From Wolbachia endosymbiont of Cimex lectularius (GTDB taxonomy: Bacteria > Pseudomonadota > Alphaproteobacteria > Rickettsiales > Anaplasmataceae): DNA of 32,000 nt. Made by a program: the position numbers and the translations under genes. Location: NCBI RefSeq assembly GCF_000829315.1, contig NZ_AP013028.1, positions 737,574 through 769,573 of the forward strand. The letters are read 5' to 3'. Shown in pieces: positions 1 to 8,324 of the stretch (the stretch's first letter is position 1; the number at the start of each line of letters is the position of its first letter). The notes under the pieces were generated by a model. That model was not told the DNA's origin and did no database searches. It saw only the letters and a list, made by a program, of their open reading frames with translations.

Positions 1-771
1 GAACAACAAATTCTGGGGAGCAATGTAATAACTAGTCTTTATAATTTACTTGATCCTTTAGAGTTGTTTCGTGAAGGATTGAGTAGAAGTAAAGATAGGC
101 AAACTTTTAATAGTATCAAACCAAAATTGCCAGCAGCTGACTATACAGGAGAAAGTAGTGATCAAAAAACTCTTACAGACAATACAAGTGAGCGCAGTAC
201 AGAAACTAAGAAAAGTAGTGGATGGAGCTCACGGCACGTTAATCAAGAAACTCGTTGGTCAGACGAAAATGGCGAGGGGCTAGATGCTAGGTCTAATTCT
301 GAAGAGTGTCCGTCACCAGATACTGGCTCTAATAAAGGGTGTAGCCCACCACCAGACACTGATTCTGATTCAAGTGATGGAGATTCAGAAGAATGTAGCT
401 CCATTGATGATAATCAGACAGTTTGTACAAGTGATTGGGGCTCAGAGGGAGACTCGAGTGGCAGCTTAGATTATTTTTCTCTTCTGGAACTCCTAGAAAA
501 AGACCCACCGTTAGCAGAAATACCATTAGCTGAAGATGAAAAGGAATTGATTAAAGATTTTTGTGAGAAGATAAAAGGTGTTAGGGAGGAAAACGGCCAA
601 GAATACCAAAAGAATCTGTATAATCAGAGTATAAATTGTACGAGAAATGCTTTAAAGCGTATAAAAGATTTAGTAGATAATTTGCCACAAGAGATAAGGT
701 TAAACTCACTCTGTGATGGTCATGAATATACTGTATCGGGTTTAGTACTTGAGGTAATATTAGAACCTGTT
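1..771 (+). pseudogene. Hypothetical acidic Ser/Asp-rich protein, open from the window edge and truncated at its 3' end by an IS
   Basis: Frame 1 is open from base 1 (EQQILGSNVITSLYNLLDPLELFREG...); the listed start at 64 is only a TTG. The last codons (..EPV*) are read from the IS terminus agaacctgtttaa at 762. Contains a low-complexity stretch PPPDTDSDSSDGDSEECSSIDD. Confidence 0.6.
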
Positions 772-1084
772 TAAAATCTTGGAAATGTGAGGTAAAGTAA
801 GCATAGATTAATAATGAGGTGTCTATGCAGAAAAGTTATCCAAGTAATATAAGTCAAGAGCAGTTTGAAAAAATCAGGCCAATTTTGGAGAGTAGCAAGC
901 AGAAAACAAAACCAAGAAAACTTGATTTGTATGACGTATTTTGTGGGGTGTTGTACGTCTTAAAAAGTGGTTGTCAGTGGAGGATGTTACCAAAGGGTTT
1001 TCCAAGATGGGAAAGCGTATATTACTATTTTCGAGTGTGGAGTAAAAAGAATGGAGAAGAGCCAAGCTTGTTGGAATTAGTCTT
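762..1084 (+). mobile_element. Truncated IS5-family (ISWpi1-like) element, 5' part only
   Basis: Begins with terminus agaacctgtttaaaatctt and encodes MSMQKSYPSNISQEQFEKIRPILESSKQKTKPRKLDLYDVFCGVLYVLKSGCQWRMLPKGFPRWESVYYYFRVWSKKNGEEPSLLELVL; it stops abruptly where the next IS begins. Confidence 0.9.
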
Positions 1085-1093
1085 AGAACCTGT

Positions 1094-1450
1094 TTAAAAT
1101 CTTCGTAACAGGAGAGAAATGAAGGAGAGGACTATCATCTGTAAGCTAGTGTTGAGCTTCCGCTCGCAATTTTTCCACAATCGCCTGCACTTTTCTAACC
1201 AGGCAAAAGAGCGTTCAACAACCCATCTTTTTGGCAATACAACGAAAGTGTGTAACTCACTTCGCTTTATTACTTCAACAGTCGCACCAATGATAGCTTT
1301 TATTTGTGTTGCAAAATTTTCTCCTGTGTAGCCAGCATCAACCAGTATGTTTTTAACTTCAGAGAGGTTTGCTTTAGCATTTTCGACCATTTTCACAGCA
1401 CTGCTACGGTCAGTTGCTTCTGCCGTTGTTACATAAATTGCATGTGGCAA
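1094..1450 (-). CDS. IS5-family transposase, C-terminal ORF (DDE catalytic part); the open frame extends upstream to about 1620
   Basis: FCIIDSQSVKNADTAEKKGYDAGKKISGIKRHIAVDTQGLPHAIYVTTAEATDRSSAV...DAGYTGENFA...VLPKRWVVERSFAWLEKCRRL. The upstream part of this frame has no ATG, so it is missing from the ORF track. Confidence 0.85.
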   Translation of the reverse strand: MPHAIYVTTAEATDRSSAVKMVENAKANLSEVKNILVDAGYTGENFATQIKAIIGATVEVIKRSELHTFVVLPKRWVVERSFAWLEKCRRLWKNCERKLNTSLQMIVLSFISLLLRRF

Positions 1451-1568
1451 ACCTTGTGTATCAACTGCAATATGGCGCTTTATCCCTGAAATCTTTTTAC
1501 CTGCATCATAGCCTTTTTTTTCAGCAGTATCTGCGTTTTTAACGCTTTGAGAATCAATTATACAAAAG

Positions 1569-1889
1569 CTAGTTTTCTCTTTCCGACCATTGCTGATACG
1601 GACCTCTCCAACTAATTTTTTTTAAGACTAATTCCAACAAGCTTGGCTCTTCTCCATTCTTTTTACTCCACACTCGAAAATAGTAATATACGCTTTCCCA
1701 TCTTGGAAAACCCTTTGGTAACATCCTCCACTGACAACCACTTTTTAAGACGTACAACACCCCACAAAATACGTCATACAAATCAAGTTTTCTTGGTTTT
1801 GTTTTCTGCTTGCTACTCTCCAAAATTGGCCTGATTTTTTCAAACTGCTCTTGACTTATATTACTTGGATAACTTTTCTGCATAGACAC
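1569..1889 (-). CDS. IS5-family transposase, N-terminal ORF (DUF4096-like)
   Basis: MSMQKSYPSNISQEQFEKIRPILESS...GCQWRMLPKGFPRWESVYYYFRVW is a typical IS5/IS1031-type transposase N-terminus. Confidence 0.88.
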   Translation of the reverse strand: MSMQKSYPSNISQEQFEKIRPILESSKQKTKPRKLDLYDVFCGVLYVLKSGCQWRMLPKGFPRWESVYYYFRVWSKKNGEEPSLLELVLKKISWRGPYQQWSEREN

Positions 1890-1947
1890 CTCATTATTAA
1901 TCTATGCTTACTTTACCTCACATTTCCAAGATTTTAAACAGGTTCTT

Positions 1948-2079
1948 ATGGATATTGCTAGAAAAATCGGTGTAAGATATGCGACTCTTTCTGCGTCAAG
2001 TGGTTCAGGATATCGAATCTATGAGCGCTTGGGGTTTCATACGTTTGGTCAATTTGAGTGTTTTGAATGGAGGAATTAA
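1948..2079 (+). pseudogene. C-terminal fragment of a GNAT-family N-acetyltransferase
   Basis: MDIARKIGVRYATLSASSGSGYRIYERLGFHTFGQFECFEWRN* resembles a GNAT C-terminus (YERLGF); it lies immediately after the IS end, so the 5' part is missing. Confidence 0.65.
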
Positions 2080-2081
2080 AG

Positions 2082-2489
2082 ATGAAAATTGAGCATACTA
2101 CGTCCCCAAACAATAGAGATATTGAATTCCTGTCCAAAAAGATCAGTGAAGAAACCGCCAATAAAAGCACATGTAACCCATTCGCTTTTTTTATTCACGA
2201 TGATGCTAGACAAATTATTGCAGGCTGTGGCGGTTTTATTATCTATGGTTCAATTTACACTGATCTGCTTTGGGTGCATCACTACCATAGGAAAAAAGGT
2301 ATGGGAAAGCAGTTAATGGAAAAAGTTCATGATTATGGTCGAGAAATGCACTGTAAAATAGCAACTGTTGCAACCATGAATTTTCAGAGAGTAAGAGCAT
2401 TCTATGAAAAACTTGGATATGAGTGCGATCTTGTACGCCCAGGGTATGTTGGTGGAGCAACATGTATATTTTTGAAGAAAGTATTGTAG
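2082..2489 (+). CDS. GNAT-family N-acetyltransferase
   Basis: LLWVHHYHRKKGMGKQLMEKVHDYGREMHCKIATVATMNFQRVRAFYEKLGYECD matches GNAT motif A/B. The likely start is ATG 2082, just after the stop of the upstream fragment, rather than 2067. Confidence 0.82.
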   Translation: MKIEHTTSPNNRDIEFLSKKISEETANKSTCNPFAFFIHDDARQIIAGCGGFIIYGSIYTDLLWVHHYHRKKGMGKQLMEKVHDYGREMHCKIATVATMNFQRVRAFYEKLGYECDLVRPGYVGGATCIFLKKVL

Positions 2490-2542
2490 TGCGCGGTATT
2501 TCTAACGTTGGTGATACCAATTCCACTACACAGAAAGCGGAC

Positions 2543-3015
2543 AGACAACAGTGGAAAAAAGCTACCCAATAGAAACAAAAAAACTACTTGACAAACTCCT
2601 TTAGTTCCCTTATCATAGTGTTGAAGCTATTTGTTTAACTTCCCAATCTGTACAGGTTAAAATGACAAGAGAGCTTGTATTTGGCGTACTATTGTTTAAT
2701 TTTTCGCACTATGTGCACTGCATGTCTTTTTAAAACTTCGGGTTTTTACCCATACAAGCTGAAACGCGCTTATAAGTCGTTTAAGACATCACCCAACGCC
2801 GGATTTTAAAATAGAGAGTGGAATAACTAGCTACCTCGGGGTTTTATTGTCCTTTTTCTCTGTCTGGTAAATTTCTTAAATATTATAGCTTAGACTAGTT
2901 GCGTTTAAAAGCAGCTAAATTTCAGCATTTAAGACATAAAAACGCCAATACTAAAAATAAATACCGACCAGGGCTTCTTTTGCTTTTTTCTCCATTTGGT
3001 AAGTTTCTTAAGTAT
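2543..3015 (+). repeat. Copy A of a dispersed intergenic repeat (candidate ncRNA/MITE) with a duplicated 3' module
   Basis: Shares long segments with copies B, C and D (cactatgtgcac, gtctttttaaaacttc, acaagctgaaacgcgcttataagtcgtttaagac). Promoter-like TTGACA 2588-2593, 17 bp, TATCAT 2611-2616. Confidence 0.85.
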
Positions 3016-3250
3016 TTATTACTAAAGTAGTATCCTGGAATGACAAGAAGGGAGTACTTGGATGACACACTTTGTTGTGAGCTCACTTTTACTCTATGAT
3101 TACCTTTTTAGAGCATCTTGTCTATCCATTTCACCATTACGCTGAAATGGTACTTTCCTGTGATTTCAAACATTCGGTAAGTGTACAGTCCGCACAGGTT
3201 ACAAGGTAAAGAAACAACGTCTACGAGTAAAATTTCACATTACCACTTTT

Positions 3251-4045
3251 ATGTGTTATAATAAGCTTAAATTTATAAGAAAAACGAAGTTGGAAAAGTT
3301 GGAGGAATTAAGAGAAAACTGGATAGCAAGAATAGGAAGATTTTTATCTTCATTGTTCTTTTTACTGCTGATCGCGTTATCAATACGTAGTTTTTTATTT
3401 GAGCCATTTCATATTCCTTCTGGTTCGATGAAAAGCACTTTGCTTGAAGGGGATTATATTTTTACTAGTAAATATTCATATGGTTACAGTAAGCACTCCT
3501 TTCCATTTTCTCCTAATATTTTCAGCGGCAGGATCTTTTATATCCCTCCAAAGCGTGGTGACATAATAGTTTTTAAACCTACGAAAAACGACAGCATCAG
3601 ATTTGTTAAACGAGTAATAGGAGTACCAGGCGATAAAGTGCAAATGATAGAGGGAGAATTATACCTAAATGATCAGAAGGTAAAGCGAAGGCAAATTGAA
3701 AGTTTTTTTGATTATGAATCAAGTCGCAGTATACCAAGGTATATAGAAACACTCCCAGATGGAAGGAAACATGAGATTTTGATAGATAATGTTTCCAATA
3801 AGCTATCATATAATACTCCGGTTTACTATGTACCTAACGATCAATTTTTTGTTATGGGAGACAATAGAAATAATTCTTTTGACAGTAGATTTCCTGAAAT
3901 TGGTTTTGTATCAATGGAAAACATAATTGGGCGTGTGGGCATAGTTGGTTTATCGTTTAAATTGGGGAAGATTGATTGGTTGCCATTTAATTTTAGAATA
4001 CCTGTTGCTCTGAGATTTGACAGGATATTGCACAAGGCTGTGTAA
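3251..4045 (+). CDS. lepB: Signal peptidase I
   Basis: FLFEPFHIPSGSMKSTLLEGDYIFTSKYSYGYS (catalytic Ser box), GDIIVFKP...IRFVKRVIGVPGDKV (catalytic Lys box) and FVMGDNRNNSFDSR. Confidence 0.96.
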   Translation: MCYNKLKFIRKTKLEKLEELRENWIARIGRFLSSLFFLLLIALSIRSFLFEPFHIPSGSMKSTLLEGDYIFTSKYSYGYSKHSFPFSPNIFSGRIFYIPPKRGDIIVFKPTKNDSIRFVKRVIGVPGDKVQMIEGELYLNDQKVKRRQIESFFDYESSRSIPRYIETLPDGRKHEILIDNVSNKLSYNTPVYYVPNDQFFVMGDNRNNSFDSRFPEIGFVSMENIIGRVGIVGLSFKLGKIDWLPFNFRIPVALRFDRILHKAV

Positions 4046-4048
4046 ACT

Positions 4049-6010
4049 CTACCTATTTGTCAATTCACACAATTCTAAGGAAGAGTTTTCTAACTTGGCG
4101 ATAGCATTATTGATTTCACTCAAATCATTTCCTTGTAAAGCTTTTTTTGCGTTTTGCAGTAGATTTTTTAACCTTTGATCAGAGGAAAGACTATTATCGT
4201 TTTCAATCAAATGTATGAGTTTGTTGCCATTAATTTTAGCTTCTGCAAGGGAACGGGCCTTCATATCTTCATCAAAGTTGTTTATTGACTGGTTAACCAT
4301 ATCTTGAACATCGGCTTCACTTAAGCCAAAACTTGAATTTATTTCAACTACTTGCTCAATCCCAGTGGTTTTTTCTCGTGCAGTAACAGTCAATATTCCG
4401 TCAACATTAACTGTGAACTCTATCTCAACTCTTGCAGAACCTGCAGGCAGTGGTGGTATACCTTTGAGTTCAAACTGCGCTAGAGATTTGTTATCTTCTA
4501 TCATTTCACGTTCTCCCTGACAAACGTGAATTTTCATTGCCGTTTGCCCATCGACATAAGTTGTAAACTCTTTTGTTTCTGAAACTGGCAATGGCGTATT
4601 TCTTGGTATGATTTTTTCAACTATTCCTCCCATAGTTTCTATGCCAAGTGATAAAGGTAAAACGTCCAAGAGAATGTTCCTATCTTTTGAGCTTGAAGTT
4701 AAATAATGAGCCTGCAAGGCTGCCCCAATAACAACTGCTTTATCTGGATCTACATCATTCAGTACCTTATTTCCAAAGAGCTTGACTAGTGAGTCGTGAA
4801 CTAATGGCACTCTAGTTGCACCACCAACTAAAATTACTCCTTTTATGTCATCAATTTTAAGATCTATATCGTCTATAGTACGAGTAACTATATTGACAGT
4901 CTTATTAACCAAGGGACTTATTGCTTGCTCGAATTCTTCTTTGGTAATTTCGCATTTAAATAATACACCATTAGCAGCACAATCTGGTGTCATTCCAGCG
5001 CGTGACGCTGGAATCCACATATTTTTTCTTTCCTGGATCCCAGTGTCAGCTACTTGGATGACAGGAGAAAGTCTAATATTAAATTTAAAAGTACCTGATG
5101 TATTTTCACTTAGGTATTCTTTTACAGTACGTAATTCAATAAGTGATGGCCCTGCCATACAAGTAGCTGACGCTGGAATCCAGTTCTTATTATATAACTT
5201 TCTGGTATGTTCATTTGCAATCAAGTTTTCTGGATCCCAGTGTCTGGGCACTGGGATGACACTTTCGGTTGAACCCACCTGTTCTCTATACTTATCGAGC
5301 ACGATTGAACTTAGCAGATGGTCAAAATCATCACCACCAAGTTTGGTATCACCACCAACTGCAAGAACTTGAAACACTCCTTGGTGTAATTTCAATATTG
5401 AAATATCAAATGTTCCGCCACCGAGGTCATAAACTGCATATATTCCACTGTTGTTGTTCTTTTCAATCGAATAAGAAAGCGCGGCGGCGGTTGGCTCGTT
5501 AATAAGGCGCAGAACTTCTATACCAGCTAATTTCGCTGCATACTTAGTTGCATTACGTGCTGGATCGTCAAAGTAAGCTGGCACAGTAATCACTGCTTTT
5601 TTTACTTCTATTCCCGTAGACTTTTTTACCCTCTCACATAGAGCTTTCAATATCTCAGCAGATATTTCAACAGGAGTAAGATATTTCTCCTCTGCGCATT
5701 TTACCCTAATAACTTTTTCACTTTCGTTATCTATTTCAAAATTAACGCCTTCTTTGTGCAAGTCTTCAACACTTTTACCCATTAGGCGTTTTATCGAGTA
5801 AATTGCATCTGGGCCAACATCGTAGCCGATTTTCAATATGTTATTTTCATATGAAAGAGTAGAAGACAGTAGCTCACGTCCTTGTTCATCTTTAAATATC
5901 TCCACGTCACCAGCTTTATTCACTATAGCAATTAAAGAATTGGTAGTGCCGAGGTCTATACCAAACACTGTTTCATTTGAATTTGGTTCAGAAATTTGTA
6001 TTGGCTGCAT
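4049..6010 (-). CDS. hscA: Hsp70-family chaperone HscA (Fe-S cluster assembly), with two palindromic-element insertions
   Basis: VFGIDLGTTNSLIAI, DLGGGTFDISIL, GVILVGGATRVPLV, and position directly downstream of iscU-iscA-hscB. Confidence 0.94.
   Translation of the reverse strand: MQPIQISEPNSNETVFGIDLGTTNSLIAIVNKAGDVEIFKDEQGRELLSSTLSYENNILKIGYDVGPDAIYSIKRLMGKSVEDLHKEGVNFEIDNESEKVIRVKCAEEKYLTPVEISAEILKALCERVKKSTGIEVKKAVITVPAYFDDPARNATKYAAKLAGIEVLRLINEPTAAALSYSIEKNNNSGIYAVYDLGGGTFDISILKLHQGVFQVLAVGGDTKLGGDDFDHLLSSIVLDKYREQVGSTESVIPVPRHWDPENLIANEHTRKLYNKNWIPASATCMAGPSLIELRTVKEYLSENTSGTFKFNIRLSPVIQVADTGIQERKNMWIPASRAGMTPDCAANGVLFKCEITKEEFEQAISPLVNKTVNIVTRTIDDIDLKIDDIKGVILVGGATRVPLVHDSLVKLFGNKVLNDVDPDKAVVIGAALQAHYLTSSSKDRNILLDVLPLSLGIETMGGIVEKIIPRNTPLPVSETKEFTTYVDGQTAMKIHVCQGEREMIEDNKSLAQFELKGIPPLPAGSARVEIEFTVNVDGILTVTAREKTTGIEQVVEINSSFGLSEADVQDMVNQSINNFDEDMKARSLAEAKINGNKLIHLIENDNSLSSDQRLKNLLQNAKKALQGNDLSEINNAIAKLENSSLELCELTNR
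4964..5080 (-). repeat. In-frame palindromic-element insertion 1 inside hscA (approximate bounds)
   Basis: Contains the perfect inverted repeat attccagcg-cgtga-cgctggaat (4992-5014) and encodes RLSPVIQVADTGIQERKNMWIPASRAGMTPDCAANGVLF, which is foreign to the Hsp70 family. Confidence 0.85.
5130..5272 (-). repeat. In-frame palindromic-element insertion 2 inside hscA (approximate bounds)
   Basis: Encodes SVIPVPRHWDPENLIANEHTRKLYNKNWIPASATCMAGPSLIELRT. The DNA carries tagctgacgctggaatccag and ctggatcccagtgtctgggcactgggatgac, repeat-type sequence also seen elsewhere in the window. Confidence 0.8.
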
Positions 6011-6446
6011 TTTTCTTCATTTCCTCAAATGACTTATATAAATATTTCAATCTCAAAACTTGCGTAGTAGCTTCATCAAAATTCTTTGTAGCGAAAGCAT
6101 TAATTAGGCTTTTAGTGCAATCTTTTACCTTTTCATCAATCATCCTACCTGCAAATTGTAGATCATCACAGTCTAGCAAATACTCTCTTATTTCCATTGA
6201 TTCATTCAATATTTCAGAATTTAGATGATCCTTTTGGCTTTTCACCCCAAAAAGATCCAGCAAATGCTCGGCACGTTTTAGTGGTGACTTGAGCACTTGA
6301 TAAGCTTTGTTTATATTTTCCATGTTTTTGGACTCTCCTTCATTTATGTCAGCTCTGCTGAGCTCAATGTATTTTTTCTCTAGCTCATCAAAGCTGATGT
6401 TGAAAGCTGGTTCGATTTCAAACAATGTAAAATAGTTGCTAGACAT
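5988..6446 (-). CDS. hscB: Fe-S cluster co-chaperone HscB (J-domain)
   Basis: MSSNYFTLFEIEPAFNISFDELEKKYIELSR...ENINKAYQVLKSPLKRAEHLLDLFG. The start is likely M34 of the listed ORF (6446), giving a short overlap with the iscA end. Confidence 0.88.
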   Translation of the reverse strand: MSSNYFTLFEIEPAFNISFDELEKKYIELSRADINEGESKNMENINKAYQVLKSPLKRAEHLLDLFGVKSQKDHLNSEILNESMEIREYLLDCDDLQFAGRMIDEKVKDCTKSLINAFATKNFDEATTQVLRLKYLYKSFEEMKKNAANTNF

Positions 6447-6843
6447 GAAAACTCTCTCCACAACCACATTTTCCTTTCTCGTTAGGGTTTTTGAAAACAA
6501 AACCAGATGAGAGTTTTTCCTCCACGTAATCCATTTCAGAGCCAAGGATAAACATGACAGATTTTGGATCGATCAATATCTTGACTTTTTGGCCATCACT
6601 GCAGCTTTCTTCAATTACTGACTCTAAAGGACGAATATCGTAGGCGTATTCAATATCGTATTTCAAACCAGAACATCCCTTTTGTTTAATTAGAACTCTT
6701 ATTCCTATTGCTTCTTCTGATTTCTCAAGGTTAGTATGCTGTTTTCGATCCAATAAATGTCTTATCCTTTCCACTGCATTTGCAGTGATAGTGATAAGTT
6801 TTTTATCTTTCTTCGCAGCATTTACTCCTTGATATTTACTCAT
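6439..6843 (-). CDS. iscA: Iron-sulfur assembly scaffold/carrier of the IscA/HesB family
   Basis: Conserved cysteines GCSGLKYDIEY and GKCGCGESFHV. Confidence 0.92.
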   Translation of the reverse strand: MSKYQGVNAAKKDKKLITITANAVERIRHLLDRKQHTNLEKSEEAIGIRVLIKQKGCSGLKYDIEYAYDIRPLESVIEESCSDGQKVKILIDPKSVMFILGSEMDYVEEKLSSGFVFKNPNEKGKCGCGESFHV

Positions 6844-6845
6844 AG

Positions 6846-7226
6846 CTATTTTTGTTTATTTTGGTAATCATGAATAGCAGCTTTTATAGCGTCTTCGGCA
6901 AGCACTGAGCAGTGTATCTTTACTGGAGGCAAAGACAACTCCTCCACTATTTGCGTGTTTTTTATCTTCGTTACATCCTCAATAGTTTTTCCTTTGATCA
7001 TCTCTGTGAGCAAAGAGCTCGAAGCGATAGCAGAACCACAACCGAATGTTTTAAATTTTGCATCTTCAATAACGCCTTTGTCATTGACCTTTATTTGCAA
7101 TTTCATAACATCGCCGCATGATGGCGCACCCACCAAGCCAGTGCCAACATTTGGATCATTTTTATCCAGAGAACCAACATTCCTTGGATTTTCGTAATGA
7201 TCTAAAATTTTCTCATTATAACTCAT
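6846..7226 (-). CDS. iscU: Fe-S cluster scaffold IscU
   Basis: ILDHYENPRNVGSLDKNDPNVGTGLVGAPSCGDVMKLQIKV...FKTFGCGSAIASSSLLTEMIKGK...LPPVKIHCSVLAEDAIKAAI. Confidence 0.96.
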   Translation of the reverse strand: MSYNEKILDHYENPRNVGSLDKNDPNVGTGLVGAPSCGDVMKLQIKVNDKGVIEDAKFKTFGCGSAIASSSLLTEMIKGKTIEDVTKIKNTQIVEELSLPPVKIHCSVLAEDAIKAAIHDYQNKQK

Positions 7227-7412
7227 AGAATTACCCGTAAACCATTACTTACATTATAACATATTTAGATTGAAAATTAAAGTGAAATGCACTCAAAAAG
7301 GGTAATTTTTGTAAAGTAAAATATGTGGTTTGCTAGTGCATTTTTCTTTACAAATACTCGTAGTGCGTGTCATTCTCTATATTAAGTTTGTAATTTTAAA
7401 AGGAGTATTTGC

Positions 7413-8324
7413 TTGAATTTGTTTAGTAACCTTTATAAAGGCCTGTTGAAAACTTCTTCGCGCTTTAGCGATGGAGTAAAGAGTATTTTTTCTGGCAAAA
7501 AAAAATTAGACCAGTCGCTTCTAGATGAGCTGGAAGAGCTGCTAATTAGCATGGATATCGGTCATAAAACTTCTAAGTTGATTATTGACAGGCTCACAAG
7601 CATCAAGTTTGACAAGGAACTTGAGCATAACATCATCACACAGCAGTTAATGAACGAGATAGAAGCTATACTAAACCCTGCTGTGCAACCGCTAATTTTA
7701 AACAAAAAGCCACATATAATAATGGTATGCGGAGTAAATGGTAATGGTAAAACCACAACTATAGGTAAGCTCGCGTATAAATATAAGGAAATGGGAAAAT
7801 CTGTTATGCTTGTTGCGTGCGACACATTTAGAGCTGCTGCTAGTGAACAGTTAAATATCTGGGCAGAACGTTCTGGTTGCTCCATTGTTACTGGAGAGTA
7901 CGGTAGCGACTCTGCAAGTGTGGCATATAGAGCTGTAAGTCAAGCTATAAAAGACAACGTTGATGTTGTTCTGATTGATACAGCAGGCAGGCTACAAAAT
8001 AACGTGAATCTTATGGAGGAGTTATCAAAAATATATAGAACGATAAAGAAATTGGATGATACTGCTCCTCATGATGTTATTTTAGTTCTTGATGCAACCA
8101 CCGGCCAAAATGCTTATAGCCAACTAGAGGCATTTAGCAAGATGGTGAGTGTTACTGGGCTAATCGTAACCAAGTTAGATGGCACTGCTAAGGGCGGAGT
8201 AGTGATTGGACTTGCGGAAGCTTATAAGGTGAAGTTACATGCTATAGGAATTGGCGAGGGTATAGAGGATCTTAGGGAGTTTACTAGTAAAGAATTTGCT
8301 GAAGCACTATTTAACTGTGATTGA
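7413..8324 (+). CDS. ftsY: Signal recognition particle receptor FtsY (probable TTG start)
   Basis: VNGNGKTTTIGKLAYKYK, DTFRAAASEQLNIW, DVVLIDTAGRLQNN, TKLDGTAKGGVVIGLAEAYKVKLHAIGIGEGIEDL. Confidence 0.97.
   Translation: MNLFSNLYKGLLKTSSRFSDGVKSIFSGKKKLDQSLLDELEELLISMDIGHKTSKLIIDRLTSIKFDKELEHNIITQQLMNEIEAILNPAVQPLILNKKPHIIMVCGVNGNGKTTTIGKLAYKYKEMGKSVMLVACDTFRAAASEQLNIWAERSGCSIVTGEYGSDSASVAYRAVSQAIKDNVDVVLIDTAGRLQNNVNLMEELSKIYRTIKKLDDTAPHDVILVLDATTGQNAYSQLEAFSKMVSVTGLIVTKLDGTAKGGVVIGLAEAYKVKLHAIGIGEGIEDLREFTSKEFAEALFNCD

Larger units (their letters stand above)
1085..1946 (-). mobile_element. Full-length IS5-family (ISWpi1-like) insertion sequence, 862 bp
   Basis: Bounded by inverted termini agaacctgtttaaaatctt / aagattttaaacaggttct. 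Contains two transposase frames on the minus strand. Same length as the copy at 30411-31272. Confidence 0.92.

Noticed and set aside
1119-1834. Plus-strand ORFs inside the IS (and the equivalents in 30630-31160)
   Set aside because: Antisense to the transposase frames and simply duplicated with each IS copy.
4845-5502. Plus-strand ORFs of 175 aa and 77 aa inside hscA
   Set aside because: They are antisense to a clear Hsp70 coding region, and the long open stretch is explained by the palindromic inserts being open on both strands.
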